Under the pieces are notes generated by a model. It was not told the origin of the DNA, ran no database searches, and saw only the letters and a program-made list of their open reading frames with translations. From positions 112,276 to 176,275 of the forward strand of contig CAVSBO010000008.1 in the NCBI GenBank assembly GCA_963726195.1: a stretch of DNA of 64,000 bases, written 5' to 3'. Origin of the DNA: Candidatus Thorarchaeota archaeon. Its GTDB lineage: Archaea > Asgardarchaeota > Thorarchaeia > Thorarchaeales > Thorarchaeaceae. This document shows, one piece after another, positions 31,937 through 41,674 of the stretch; the first letter of the stretch is position 1; every line of letters starts with the position of its first letter. The position numbers and the translations under genes are program-made.

Positions 31937-32062
31937 GAATATCCCTCGTGTGCAAGCAGCGTGAAGTCAGTACGAGCAGCGTTCCTATTCAGCTTTCCTC
32001 ATTGTCGAAGGAGACGCGTGAGAAGAAAGGTATTTGAACCCCGTTCTGTCAAGGTATTCAGT

Positions 32063-32797
32063 ATGGACATGTCCGAGATGAAGCAGTACGCTTGGGTTCT
32101 CTACGGCATTGTGAGCATACTCATCATATTCGGGGTTGCGATGCTTTACACTCCTGTTGCAGCCCTGTCGGCTGCTCTCCATCCAATACCTGCCCAACTC
32201 GCGACGCCAGTTGACCTCGCAATTCCCGTGGTTCCTGCGGCGATTATCGTCTATTGGTATGTCTTCTACTCATTCATATTCTTCAGCTACTTTTACTTCG
32301 CATTCGTTCAGCGCGAGTATCGGAATGCGCTTGTCATAGCCTATGTCCTAATCAACGCTGTCGCATACTTGGTCTATTTGGTGTTTCCAGTAATTGGACC
32401 CACTCGCATTGTCCCCGGCACTGACTTCTTCTCGCTCCAGTTAGCATCATTGTATCTAAACGACACCCCGCTCAACTGTTTCCCGAGCCTTCATGGATCA
32501 ATGTCACTTCTGGCCGCGTATTCATTGTGGAGAGCAAAGAAGGAGTACGGATACATCTCATGGCCGATAGCCATTGCTGTAATGATTTCAACGCTCTTCG
32601 TTCACCAACACTGGATTGCAGATCAGATATTCGCTACGATTGTCACGCTCTCCATCTGCTATTTTGTCTTTAACTGGCTCAAGTACACGAGAGTCCTGAA
32701 GTCCACTACACAGGTCCACCTATGGCAACTACTTGTGTCAGCTGTGTTTGCGGTCCTATTCATGATGCTCTACGTGTGGGCATTCTACATCGCTTAG
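32063..32797 (+). CDS. PAP2-superfamily (acid phosphatase/phosphoesterase-like) membrane protein
   Basis: PSLHGS resembles the PAP2 'PSGH' motif and VHQHWIADQ resembles the 'SRx5Hx3D' motif, set in a 6-TM protein. ORF-track start 31847 lies antisense inside the ferredoxin gene; the internal Met at 32063 is more plausible. Confidence 0.55.
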   Translation: MDMSEMKQYAWVLYGIVSILIIFGVAMLYTPVAALSAALHPIPAQLATPVDLAIPVVPAAIIVYWYVFYSFIFFSYFYFAFVQREYRNALVIAYVLINAVAYLVYLVFPVIGPTRIVPGTDFFSLQLASLYLNDTPLNCFPSLHGSMSLLAAYSLWRAKKEYGYISWPIAIAVMISTLFVHQHWIADQIFATIVTLSICYFVFNWLKYTRVLKSTTQVHLWQLLVSAVFAVLFMMLYVWAFYIA

Positions 32798-32956
32798 CGG
32801 GCAAGAGAAATGATGCATTCGAGGCCGCTCTGGACAGTCTCTCGTCGCGTGGCTCCTGAAATCAAGGCCTAATCACACCTAGGTCGATCACGAAGCACAA
32901 GTTTGAGGAATCGCAACTCTCATGTACGCAGACATGCCCAGTTTGCAAGAGACGAT

Positions 32957-33265
32957 ATGGGCAAAATCCTATCTGTTAGGCTGGACAAGGACCTTGAAAC
33001 CAGACTGACTTACCTTATGAAACGGAGAAGGATTGTGGACAAGTCTGCATATATCAGACAGCTCATAGACAGGTCTCTTTTCCAAGACCTTCTTGACTAC
33101 CTATCTGAAGAGGTATCGGCCAAGCGAATCAGTGCGTGGAAAGCGGCATCTGATGCTGGCATCTCTTTGAGAGCAATGATGGCAGAGCTGGCCCGACGGA
33201 ACGTGCCTTCCTATGATGAGGTGTCACTCAGAGAGGACTTGATGAGTGAACGGCTATACTCGTAA
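32957..33265 (+). CDS. Ribbon-helix-helix (CopG-like) domain fused to a UPF0175-family domain; putative small regulator/antitoxin
   Basis: ILSVRLDKDLETRLTYLMKRRR fits the RHH beta-strand/helix pattern. The C-terminus (ISAWKAASDAGISLRAMMAELARRNVP) matches the UPF0175 consensus (K/R A AELAG(M/L)S...F...L...G IP). Confidence 0.45.
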   Translation: MGKILSVRLDKDLETRLTYLMKRRRIVDKSAYIRQLIDRSLFQDLLDYLSEEVSAKRISAWKAASDAGISLRAMMAELARRNVPSYDEVSLREDLMSERLYS

Positions 33266-33462
33266 GTCAAGTCCGAATTTTCATAGCACTCTCCCGTTGA
33301 GGGATGCCAAGTTCTGCCGAGTTTGTCCAATCTCAATGCATCTGCCGGCAATTCTAAGAACTTGAGCCACACGAAGAATCTGAATGGACACCGACTGCAG
33401 TCACGATAACTCAGGAGTTCCTCTTTCCAATCATTGAATAGTGCTCGCGGGCGAGTCGAAGT

Positions 33463-34029
33463 ATGGAACTTGCTACCTTCGGTGCAGGCTGCTTCTGGTG
33501 CACAGAGGCTGCATATCAACAGCTGAAAGGCGTCGCCTCAGTGGTTTCGGGATATTCTGGCGGAAATGTCGAGAATCCCACATACGAGCAGGTGAGCACA
33601 GGCCGGACAGGTCATGCCGAGGTCTCTCAGATTGAGTATGACCCCGAACAGATTACTTACGACGAACTGCTCGAGGTGTTCTTCGCGATCCATGACCCAA
33701 CCACTCTGAACCGTCAAGGCAATGATGTCGGCACGCAGTATCGCTCTGTCATATTCTACCATGATGAAAATCAGAAGAAAGCTGCTGAGGCCGCGGTCGT
33801 CAGAGTCAATGCTAGTCGTGTTTGGAGGAAACCAATCGTAACAGAAATCAAGCCATTCAAGAAGTTCTTCCCGGCAGAAGACTATCACCAGAACTACTAT
33901 CGTAGTAACCCGAATCAGGCCTACTGCCGTCTAGTGATTCAGCCCAAGCTCGACAAGTTCGAACATGTATTCAAGCTGAAGCTCTTGGACGAAAATGTGG
34001 GGGATTTTGTTCGAGGTTCGAGACACTGA
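33463..34029 (+). CDS. msrA: Peptide methionine sulfoxide reductase MsrA
   Basis: GCFWC is the active-site motif, and the full-length family blocks (GHAEVV..., YHQ.Y) are present. Confidence 0.93.
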   Translation: MELATFGAGCFWCTEAAYQQLKGVASVVSGYSGGNVENPTYEQVSTGRTGHAEVSQIEYDPEQITYDELLEVFFAIHDPTTLNRQGNDVGTQYRSVIFYHDENQKKAAEAAVVRVNASRVWRKPIVTEIKPFKKFFPAEDYHQNYYRSNPNQAYCRLVIQPKLDKFEHVFKLKLLDENVGDFVRGSRH

Positions 34030-34154
34030 TTCTCCAAATGCAAATGAGCGCTTTCAAAAAGGGCTGAGAGGAACAGGCCTCAATCTTCGATACTCGGCCC
34101 CTTCGAACAGGGATGCGACCCATCGTAAGTGGGGTGGTGTATGATGGTCCTAAT

Positions 34155-35861
34155 TCATGGCGTTTCAGCCGCAGGAAGCGCAAAGACGAACGTTATCATT
34201 TCCAGTTCCTCTGAGTGCTCTTGGGTTTCGATATGGACCCGACCAAGGAATAGTCGAGTGAGTTCTCTTACGAGGGTGAAGTCCAATCCCTCGGACGTGT
34301 CTGTTTCGAGATAATGCTCGAATAGGTCACGGGTTCTCTTGGCCTCTGTCTTAGCAGCTAGCATAGTCATCCGGATCTCCCACATAGGCGGAGTTTCTTC
34401 CGAGAGAACAGTCATTGTCGCGGTGACAGATACGATATCTTTCGCTCTCCTGACCAGTCCTCTTAGCAGACTGAAGAACAAATCGGCTAGAAGGCCGTTT
34501 GCACTGACGAAGCACTCCCCGATTTCATGATTTGTCTTGATCTCAATCTTCTTCTCGGGCATAGCCTTGGACACTCTAGTCGCCGCCCATTTGACACAGT
34601 CGACAACATCTGTTGGTTCAAGGTCCTTCGGAGAGTATGGTTCTCCACCCACAAGTCCTCCCATCGCTTTGGTCAAATCATTGGCATGTGAGATTCTCAT
34701 CATTGCCCCTGAAAGCGACTTCCGACCGGGGTCACTCATGTGCGTTTCTTGGCTCATTCCGCTGAGCAGACTGAGTGTTTCTGTCTGATGGTCAACTATG
34801 TCACTTTCCACTACATCCGAACAGACTCTCGCCCGACTCTTGAACTCCCGTATCTCCTTGTTCTTGTCGAGATACAGGTACGTCATGGTCACGTAGAGCA
34901 TGATTCCCGCAGTCAGCAGGATTCCCTCTGCAGCCCACCAGCCCGCACTCCAGTACGTGAAGTTGGCTTTCAGGATCATTGATATGATCCAGAGTGCCTG
35001 AGACAATACTGCTACGCTCTCGACAGAGTACTGCCCGCCCGTTTCAGCAGCCATCAGCATAACAAAACTCACGAGCGCAAAGGTCGAAATAAACGCTGTA
35101 CCGAGCATGATTGTTTCGGCCACATTTGCTCCGAACAGGTCAGGATACATCTGGAAAAGCTGTGACCTTATGATCTCTCCAAGAATGAGTATGACCACTA
35201 CCAACACGTAACCCGCTAGATGAAGCCTGACTGAGAGCCTCGGTCTCTCTTCGCGGGAAGGCGCAAGTATTCTTCGCATCGCGACAAATAGAGTCACTAC
35301 AGAGATGAGCCCTCCACATACGTATGCCACAAATGGCTCGAATTGGGCCCCGTACACAGGGGAGAAGCGCGAAACCCCAATATCCACCTCCAGAATAGTC
35401 CACGAGAACATCAGGAACACTATAGGGGAATGATACCATGACGTTCCGCTTCTCGACCTGAAATAGAGCACAGTGCCTACTACGCCTGTGAAGATTGCTG
35501 CATTTCCGTGAATCAAGAACGTCGCCCCTATGTCGACATAAGACACGAACGAAGACACAGCCTCGATTAACTGGGTTGCGATGAAGGGGATTACCACGGA
35601 AAGTGAGATGGCCACGACAATGGTGTACGCAAGCGACCGTTTCACGCCGACATCGACAAGGAACGGATAGCCAGTTCCGCCGACTATGAAAATGAGACCC
35701 GCTGCCTGAAACAAGATGGCCGCGACCCACAATTGGGATGGTTCAGCCAGAACAAACAGGAGTATGACGGTCGACATGCCGTATGATGCGCTTGATATCA
35801 TTAGACGCACGGGGTCATGTGTTGACCAGTCGGCTCTCTGTCTGCTTAGTCTAAGGATCAA
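34155..35861 (-). CDS. Membrane sensor histidine-kinase-like protein with a polytopic N-terminal domain and a degenerate HATPase_c C-terminal domain
   Basis: About 10 TM helices precede a cytoplasmic part with ...SHANDL (a candidate H-box) and G2-like LDFTLVRELTRLFLGRVHIE. Further upstream (35862-36420) more TM-helix coding sequence lies in two other frames, so the N-terminus appears fragmented. Confidence 0.45.
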   Translation of the reverse strand: MILRLSRQRADWSTHDPVRLMISSASYGMSTVILLFVLAEPSQLWVAAILFQAAGLIFIVGGTGYPFLVDVGVKRSLAYTIVVAISLSVVIPFIATQLIEAVSSFVSYVDIGATFLIHGNAAIFTGVVGTVLYFRSRSGTSWYHSPIVFLMFSWTILEVDIGVSRFSPVYGAQFEPFVAYVCGGLISVVTLFVAMRRILAPSREERPRLSVRLHLAGYVLVVVILILGEIIRSQLFQMYPDLFGANVAETIMLGTAFISTFALVSFVMLMAAETGGQYSVESVAVLSQALWIISMILKANFTYWSAGWWAAEGILLTAGIMLYVTMTYLYLDKNKEIREFKSRARVCSDVVESDIVDHQTETLSLLSGMSQETHMSDPGRKSLSGAMMRISHANDLTKAMGGLVGGEPYSPKDLEPTDVVDCVKWAATRVSKAMPEKKIEIKTNHEIGECFVSANGLLADLFFSLLRGLVRRAKDIVSVTATMTVLSEETPPMWEIRMTMLAAKTEAKRTRDLFEHYLETDTSEGLDFTLVRELTRLFLGRVHIETQEHSEELEMITFVFALPAAETP

Positions 35862-36469
35862 CAGGGCATATACTGCTAGGCCTGCGGCACCTGTGGCATA
35901 ACCCGCACCTATGACCGCGACACTTGAGGGTATTGCCTGAGTGACGTAGTATGCAAGTCCATAGAATGCAAGTGCAGTTAGGAGGAGTAGCAGTGTAGCA
36001 GTGCGTTTCCTCCAAATAGAGACTCTCTTTCAAATCCTCGCCCTGCACATGATATGCTAGGAGCAAGAGCACCGCCAATGTCGTAGTTTCGATGAGGCCC
36101 AGAAGGATTCCTGCCGGGGCACGCTGGAATACTGGCGTGTTGATACGGTAGAAGTGATCCATTGTGGCACCTACCTGAATGGTCGAAATGTAGGCCAGCG
36201 CGACGACAATGATTTTGTGCTTTGGCGAGGGGTCGATTCTAGTGCGGCTTGAGGCAGCAGACTGTTGCAACGACTGCTAGGAACGCAAGAACAGAATGAA
36301 TGGCGACCGCCGAACTCTGTGTGTCCCACGGAGGATTGCTCAGCAAGAACACATACGAAAACACCGCCACTAATACCAAGATTACTGCTGTCCTTACGGC
36401 GTCATAGAGCCTCGTGTATGGAGTCCCTCATGACATGGCGGCTCTCAAAATGAGAAAAGGGTATTCCCG

Positions 36470-36479
36470 TTATATATAG
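36470..36479 (-). promoter_or_regulatory. TATA-like element (TTATATATAG), candidate promoter for the minus-strand sensor-kinase locus
   Basis: An AT-rich palindromic box lies ~50 bp upstream of the first membrane-domain fragment on the minus strand. Confidence 0.2.
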
Positions 36480-36704
36480 AGGATTACTTTCTTCCCACTC
36501 GTCATAGATAACTCTCAGCAACAACTCCTTCCACATTCAGACAGCGATTAATTGCTTTGCAGGCGAACGTCCACTCGAGTCGCAGGTTCCCGCTTGTGAA
36601 AAGACGTACCGGGTCATAACTTGATTGCCCGCAACTGGGTCAAGGGTTTCTGAAGAATGCGGCCGACCGGCCATCATTCATCGACAAGATATAATGTCGA
36701 AGGT

Positions 36705-37800
36705 CTATCGGTCTATTGTAGCACTGCAGAATGGGCAACTTGCACTCTTCCCACTCTTCAGGCAATCGACTGTGGCTTGTGGAAGTACACCACCGCATCT
36801 TGGACAGAGCCATGCGCTCAGCTTCTCAGGAGAAGCCGCTGGCGTAGCGGCCGACGGGGATTGCATCTGATAGAACCGGTTCGGTTGCTGGGCAAGCGAC
36901 ATGATCGCTTCTGGAACCAGGTACGCATCACGAAGTGACAGTGACATAATTTCATACGGGGCTGGATAAATCTCGCAGTCCTCACCTATCCTCAGGTCAA
37001 GGAGGGATTTGCAGGCGAAAAGAGGCGAAATATCAACACTCTTGATACGATTGTCTTGAAGCATGAGTCGGACAAGCTGACCGCAGCGAGCTAGTGGGCG
37101 AAGGTCAATACTCTCTATCTGATTGCTTTCCAAGCATAGTTCTCGAAGTCGGTCACATTTTAGCAGCGGCTTCAGGTCGATGGCACGAAGCTTGATTGCG
37201 CGAAACATCTAGGTGTCCGATGCTAGAGTACGTCGAAAGGGAACTGAGATTGATGCTCTCGAGCCGATTTTCAAAAAGGAGTATTGTTTCCAGCTTGGAG
37301 CATTTTTGGAGCGGGCTGAGGTCACACGCACCAAGCTGATTGTGGAATAGCATGAGCTTTCTAAGATTGGTGCACCCTGACAGTGGTTCTAAGTCAATGA
37401 CTTGGAGCTCGTTTTCGGAAAGCCACAGCTCTCTGAGTTCCACGCAGTTAGCCAATGGCGTCAAGTCGATCTGCTTCAGATGGTTCTTGGACAAATCCAG
37501 TTTTTTGAGCCAAAGGCTTCCAGACAGAGGACCAAGGTCAATGCGCAGAATGTCTTTTTCCGGGAGACTGAGTGACCCATTCCAGTTCTTGTACTGTTTT
37601 CTGATTGTCTCCCCGGTGACCGTAGCATACTCCAGCTCAACCATGACCCCGCACCCGGTTTGAGGTAATCGGGAAGCACGCCTTTGAGCTTTTCCTAGCC
37701 ACTGAACCGTCGATACTCTCGGATTTGGACGCATTGCATGAAACCTCGAAGCATTCCCACGAACCCGCATCAACGGCGGCACGCCTTCTCGTCTTTCCAC
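36705..37800 (-). pseudogene. Leucine-rich-repeat (LRR) protein with a C-terminal zinc-ribbon tail, split by a frameshift near 37200
   Basis: Both ORFs (37153..37800 and 36705..37208) are made of LxxLxLxxNxIxxIDLxPL LRR units. The repeat register continues across the junction only if one base is inserted or deleted around 'cgcaatcaagc'. The C-terminus is CPRCGGVLPQATVDCLKSGKSASCPFCSATIDR. Confidence 0.6.
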
Positions 37801-38094
37801 TCCGAAGTCTCATTCTGAAGCACATGCTCCTGCTGGTGCGGAGACTCATGCGGAAACATAACTTGATGACCGTACCAGCGATTCAGGAGCCCACATCTGC
37901 TTCTCTTGTCTGTGGGCAGATAGTCGGCCCCAAGAACCTCTCTGCCCATGACGACAAGTCGACCTGAGCTGTGGTTTCAGCGGCCTTCTAGAAGCGATGT
38001 AATGCTCTTTGGGAGCCTCAGATACCGTTGAAGTGTTAAGCTCTGTGTTAACAGAGCATATCAGTGTATACGCACGTAGCAGAGATGATAGGCG

Positions 38095-38310
38095 TTGGGA
38101 AAAAACATTCTCATCAGTAACGAGGTCTATGAGAGGCTGAAGTCATTGAAGCGGGACACCGAGTCTTTCACGGAGGTCATCATGCGACTGCTTGGTCACA
38201 GAAGCAGAAGTGTTCTTGATTTGGCAGGGACCTGGCCGTATTCAGAAGAGGAAACTAGAAGCATGGAGCATCTGTTGGAGGAGAGTTGGGCTGAGGGATG
38301 GAATAAATGA
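38095..38310 (+). CDS. vapB: VapB-type antitoxin (PF02697 / COG1753 family)
   Basis: ILISNEVYERLKSLKRDTESFTEVIMRLL matches the family consensus 'IsvsdEvyerLkklKg.eSFSdvIrrLl'. Confidence 0.65.
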   Translation: MGKNILISNEVYERLKSLKRDTESFTEVIMRLLGHRSRSVLDLAGTWPYSEEETRSMEHLLEESWAEGWNK

Positions 38311-38480
38311 CGCTACATGCTGCAGACATCCAACGTACCAGCTTTTCGAAAGGTAGGCCGCTCAGCGTCAGAGATCTGTTCATAGCCGCCACGGCACTCA
38401 CAAACGGTTGTGGAACGGTTATTACCAGAAACGAACGGGATTTCTCGGCCATCGAAGGATTGAAAGTCGAAACTTACTGA
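38307..38480 (+). pseudogene. vapC: Truncated PIN-domain toxin (VapC remnant). Only the C-terminal ~57 aa are left.
   Basis: I translated it directly: MTLHAADIQRTSFSKGRPLSVRDLFIAATALTNGCGTVITRNERDFSAIEGLKVETY. The DxxIAAxAL...T.N.rDF block is the C-terminal half of a PIN domain, and the N-terminal acidic residues are missing. It overlaps the vapB stop and is below the ORF-track cutoff. Confidence 0.5.
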
Positions 38481-38627
38481 ATTGCGGCCGCGGCCAATCC
38501 GCGTTTAATCCGTCCATGGCATCAAGAGAATGATCCAAAGATTCCGCCCTGCTTGGCTCGCGAGTCTAGGCTTGCACGAGGCGCATGGAGCACATATTTA
38601 ACAGCTCCATGATTCGCGTCGGTTACT

Positions 38628-38864
38628 ATGAACACAGAAACCGACAGTGCCGGGACACGCCGCGAGAACATCCACCCGGGTCTCGTGGTCGATGTGATTC
38701 TCAAGAAGGACCAGTCCACAGGCAAGTTGACCCGGGGCGTAGTCAAGGATATTCTCACCAACTCCCCCATTCATCCTCGCGGCATAAAAGTCCGGCTGAA
38801 CAACGGGCTGGTCGGTCGGGTAAAGGTCATCGTCAATGAGCAGTCCGGGAAGTCGGGAAGGTGA
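38628..38864 (+). CDS. YwbE-like (DUF2196) small protein
   Basis: IHPGLVVDVILKKDQSTGKLTRGVVKDILTNSPIHPRGIKVRLNNGLVGRV fits the YwbE family pattern. Confidence 0.5.
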   Translation: MNTETDSAGTRRENIHPGLVVDVILKKDQSTGKLTRGVVKDILTNSPIHPRGIKVRLNNGLVGRVKVIVNEQSGKSGR

Positions 38865-38903
38865 GGTCTTCTCTAGTTCCACATGTGAGGTCGTGAGAGC
38901 GTC

Positions 38904-39668
38904 ATGCCCGGACGAAGTACGAATCATGTCTTTGGGCGTTCGCGGCGAGGGTATGCTGTTGCTGCGCTGGTGGGATTGGATAACAACCGCGCAGCCCTTT
39001 GGGTTGTGTACAGTGAATCCATCAGACAACACGGCTTCATCGACCGCCCGGCAGATCCCGATAGCCGCAAGGAGGCTGCTCTCTACAACTTCTACAATAC
39101 CATCATTGCTGAGGTGAAGAAGGTTCTTTCGACTGGTCTCGCCAGCCTTGTTGTGGCCAGCACAGGGGTCGACGCTTCGCTTGCCGAGAGCTTCATCGCC
39201 CACATACGCAAGCATCACGCATACCTCGTACGAGCTATCCGCATGGAAAGTATCGCCGGCGATGCGATGACAGTCAACGCCGCTAGGGAACTAGTCAAGA
39301 CAGATGCCTTTCAGTCGGTCACCAACGATGTCACCAATCAGGAATCGGATGCTCTCGTTGAAGTGCTTGATGCTAGGCTCTCTGATAGTACGGGACGGGT
39401 GACTGTGCTTTTCTCGCTTGAGGAGATTGACCGGTACTTCAGGAGTCTCTCTAAGGCTGGCGAAGCCGCTGTCGAATACCCGGAGTATGTGCTCATGACC
39501 GATGCATTTTGGGCTGCACGAAAGAACGATTCTCGCCTCCAGCGAGTGATGGATGTTGCTAAGAACGCCTCGGTGAAGACCCGTGTCCTGCGCAGTGACG
39601 GGGAGGCCGGGACACGCGTCGCTCAGCTTGGCGGCCTCGTCTGTTTCACTGCACCGAGGGCTCGTTAG
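38904..39668 (+). CDS. Hypothetical protein, 254 aa
   Basis: This is an ORF with ordinary composition and I see no recognisable domain. Large antisense ORFs (38598..39218, 39291..39725) overlap it; I prefer the plus-strand ORF because it has a more protein-like composition. Confidence 0.35.
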   Translation: MPGRSTNHVFGRSRRGYAVAALVGLDNNRAALWVVYSESIRQHGFIDRPADPDSRKEAALYNFYNTIIAEVKKVLSTGLASLVVASTGVDASLAESFIAHIRKHHAYLVRAIRMESIAGDAMTVNAARELVKTDAFQSVTNDVTNQESDALVEVLDARLSDSTGRVTVLFSLEEIDRYFRSLSKAGEAAVEYPEYVLMTDAFWAARKNDSRLQRVMDVAKNASVKTRVLRSDGEAGTRVAQLGGLVCFTAPRAR

Positions 39669-39806
39669 TTCCAAGAACCGTTTCTTCCGGCACAGTATGT
39701 ACAACACAAGAGGTTCGCTGAACACATTGGCGCTTGGTTTATCCTGTCACCTGTCACGCACTTTTTAGGACCGAAATGTTCTCAGCAGCATTGGCTGTGG
39801 AATAGC

Positions 39807-40640
39807 ATGAACCTGCAGGTTTCAGAACTGAGGCGCGATTTCGTCGGGAGTCACCGCGAAGTCACGACTTCAGATGGCATTACTCTATTCCTTAGAGCTT
39901 GGGAGCCTTCACCGAAAGATGCTAGGAATACCGCTATCCTGATCTTTCACGGAATCACTGCTCATAGTGGACCCTACGAATTCATTGGAATACCCCTTTC
40001 TAAGATAGGCTTCCCCACATTTGGTATGGATATGCGCGGCCATGGACTATCCGATGGAAACAGAGGAGACTGTCCGAGCAAGAAGCGATTCGCTCTAGAC
40101 CTCTGCGAAACTCTGTCTTTCCTGAAGGAAACATATCCAAGAGTCGTCACGATAGGTCATAGCCTTGGAGTATTGTCATCGTGGATAGTGATGGACACAT
40201 GTCCAGAGAAGATTGATGGAGCAGTCCTCCTCTCGGGGGCCCGCACCATTAGACCCGGAATCATGCCCAAATTGGGTTCCTCAACAAAGCTAAAGATCGC
40301 GCTCAGCTCAATCATCTCTCCTAGCAGGCCCGTCGTTAAGTATCGTCGCGAAGGAATGACAGGTCTTGATGACCCGCTCTTTACATTCAGCTACACGTTG
40401 CGTTTCATGAGATTGCTGAACTTCGCTGGAATCAAATTCGTCCATAGTCTCGACATCCCAGTGTTCGTCGGTGTCGGAGATCAGGACGAGTTGTTCTCAG
40501 TAGAGTCAGTCAGAGAACTATATGATGAAATTCCTTCCAAGGACAAGGAGTTCTACGTGCAACCGGGAGCCAAGCATGCTGTGTTTCCTAAGGGCAGCTG
40601 GACACCGATGATAAACTGGCTAAAGGAACGGTTCACTTAG
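39807..40640 (+). CDS. Alpha/beta-hydrolase (lysophospholipase/monoacylglycerol-lipase-like)
   Basis: ILIFHGITAHSGPY is an oxyanion region, GHSLG is the nucleophile elbow, and the C-terminal D/H residues are present. Confidence 0.8.
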   Translation: MNLQVSELRRDFVGSHREVTTSDGITLFLRAWEPSPKDARNTAILIFHGITAHSGPYEFIGIPLSKIGFPTFGMDMRGHGLSDGNRGDCPSKKRFALDLCETLSFLKETYPRVVTIGHSLGVLSSWIVMDTCPEKIDGAVLLSGARTIRPGIMPKLGSSTKLKIALSSIISPSRPVVKYRREGMTGLDDPLFTFSYTLRFMRLLNFAGIKFVHSLDIPVFVGVGDQDELFSVESVRELYDEIPSKDKEFYVQPGAKHAVFPKGSWTPMINWLKERFT

Positions 40641-40785
40641 TCACTCTTACCCGACGTCCTGAGTCCCATGGAACTCTGAAGTCTGAGCCCTTCGTCATAG
40701 CCATTCCGCCAACCAGAGACAAAATCTCTGTGAGCGTCTAATCTGGATTGGAACTGGAGACAAGCATCCATGAGACAACCTTCTT

Positions 40786-41532
40786 GTGACTCACCTCTGC
40801 GGTCAAGCTGGAGAACTGCACTCAGTGAGGACATCCGACGCGCTACTGCTGCTGAGCATGGCATTAATCGCAGCCTACGGAATTGTCACGATATTCATTC
40901 CTGAGTCCACAGGATTGTTACTCTTGGTCTACGACTGGTTGCTGCAGATATCCATCGCCTTGGGATATCCCGGCGATTTCTTTGTCCCTTTGGTCGGCAA
41001 TGCCATCATCATCGTACCCTTCCCTTACGAGGGTATTCCATTCATTTTGGGGGGCATAAGAAACTCTGTCACATACGACTTCGTCTTCGACCCGACACTC
41101 GTAGGTCTGATTGCTGGCGCCGGCGCGGCAATCGGAGAGATGGTATGCTATCTTGTTGGTCGGCTTGGTGGCAGACTGGTTGCTGAGAACCAAACGAGTG
41201 GTTTCTCAGCCTTTGTGAAACGTCATTCCATAGCCGCTCCATTAGCAGTCTTTATCGTGGCCGCGACACCTATTCCGGATGATGCGGTAATAATACCACT
41301 CGGGGCGGTCAAGTATCCGTGGTGGAAGGTTGTGCCACCCCTACTTGCGGGCAAGACTGTGGAGTTGACTGCAATTGCTTGGGCAGGCCGCCTGAGTCTC
41401 GATTGGATAGCGCGCTGGTTGGGGGCAATAGAGTCTGCAGGAATACCCGGAACGATGACAGAGGTGGCCGCAATGACTCTGGTGGTGCTTTGCCTTTATC
41501 TCGTAGCGCGGATCGACTGGACTCGATTCTAG
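40786..41532 (+). CDS. DedA/VTT-domain membrane protein
   Basis: The GxxxGExxCYLVGRxxG and PIPDDAVIIPLGAVKYP motifs are characteristic of DedA/SNARE-associated (VTT) proteins. Confidence 0.55.
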   Translation: MTHLCGQAGELHSVRTSDALLLLSMALIAAYGIVTIFIPESTGLLLLVYDWLLQISIALGYPGDFFVPLVGNAIIIVPFPYEGIPFILGGIRNSVTYDFVFDPTLVGLIAGAGAAIGEMVCYLVGRLGGRLVAENQTSGFSAFVKRHSIAAPLAVFIVAATPIPDDAVIIPLGAVKYPWWKVVPPLLAGKTVELTAIAWAGRLSLDWIARWLGAIESAGIPGTMTEVAAMTLVVLCLYLVARIDWTRF

Positions 41533-41674
41533 ACAGGCTCCTACGTGATTCTTCATTTTCTCTCCGGCGGGGCAAACAGAGAACAAGAAGGGTTCTGCTC
41601 TAAAGGTCAATCCAGAATGATTCTCAGAAGAAAAATAAGGAACGGAATCAATGCTTTTTTCCCCGGGTTGAACT

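Noticed and set aside
31847-32062. N-terminal 72 codons of ORF 31847..32797
   Set aside because: They lie antisense inside the polyferredoxin gene and are non-hydrophobic and Arg-rich. The membrane protein most plausibly starts at the Met at 32063.
38598-39725. Large minus-strand ORFs (38598..39218, 39291..39725) antisense to 38628..39668
   Set aside because: Neither gives a recognisable domain. The plus-strand YwbE-like ORF has a family match, and the 254-aa ORF fits between the flanking plus-strand genes without overlap. I kept the plus-strand models, at low confidence.
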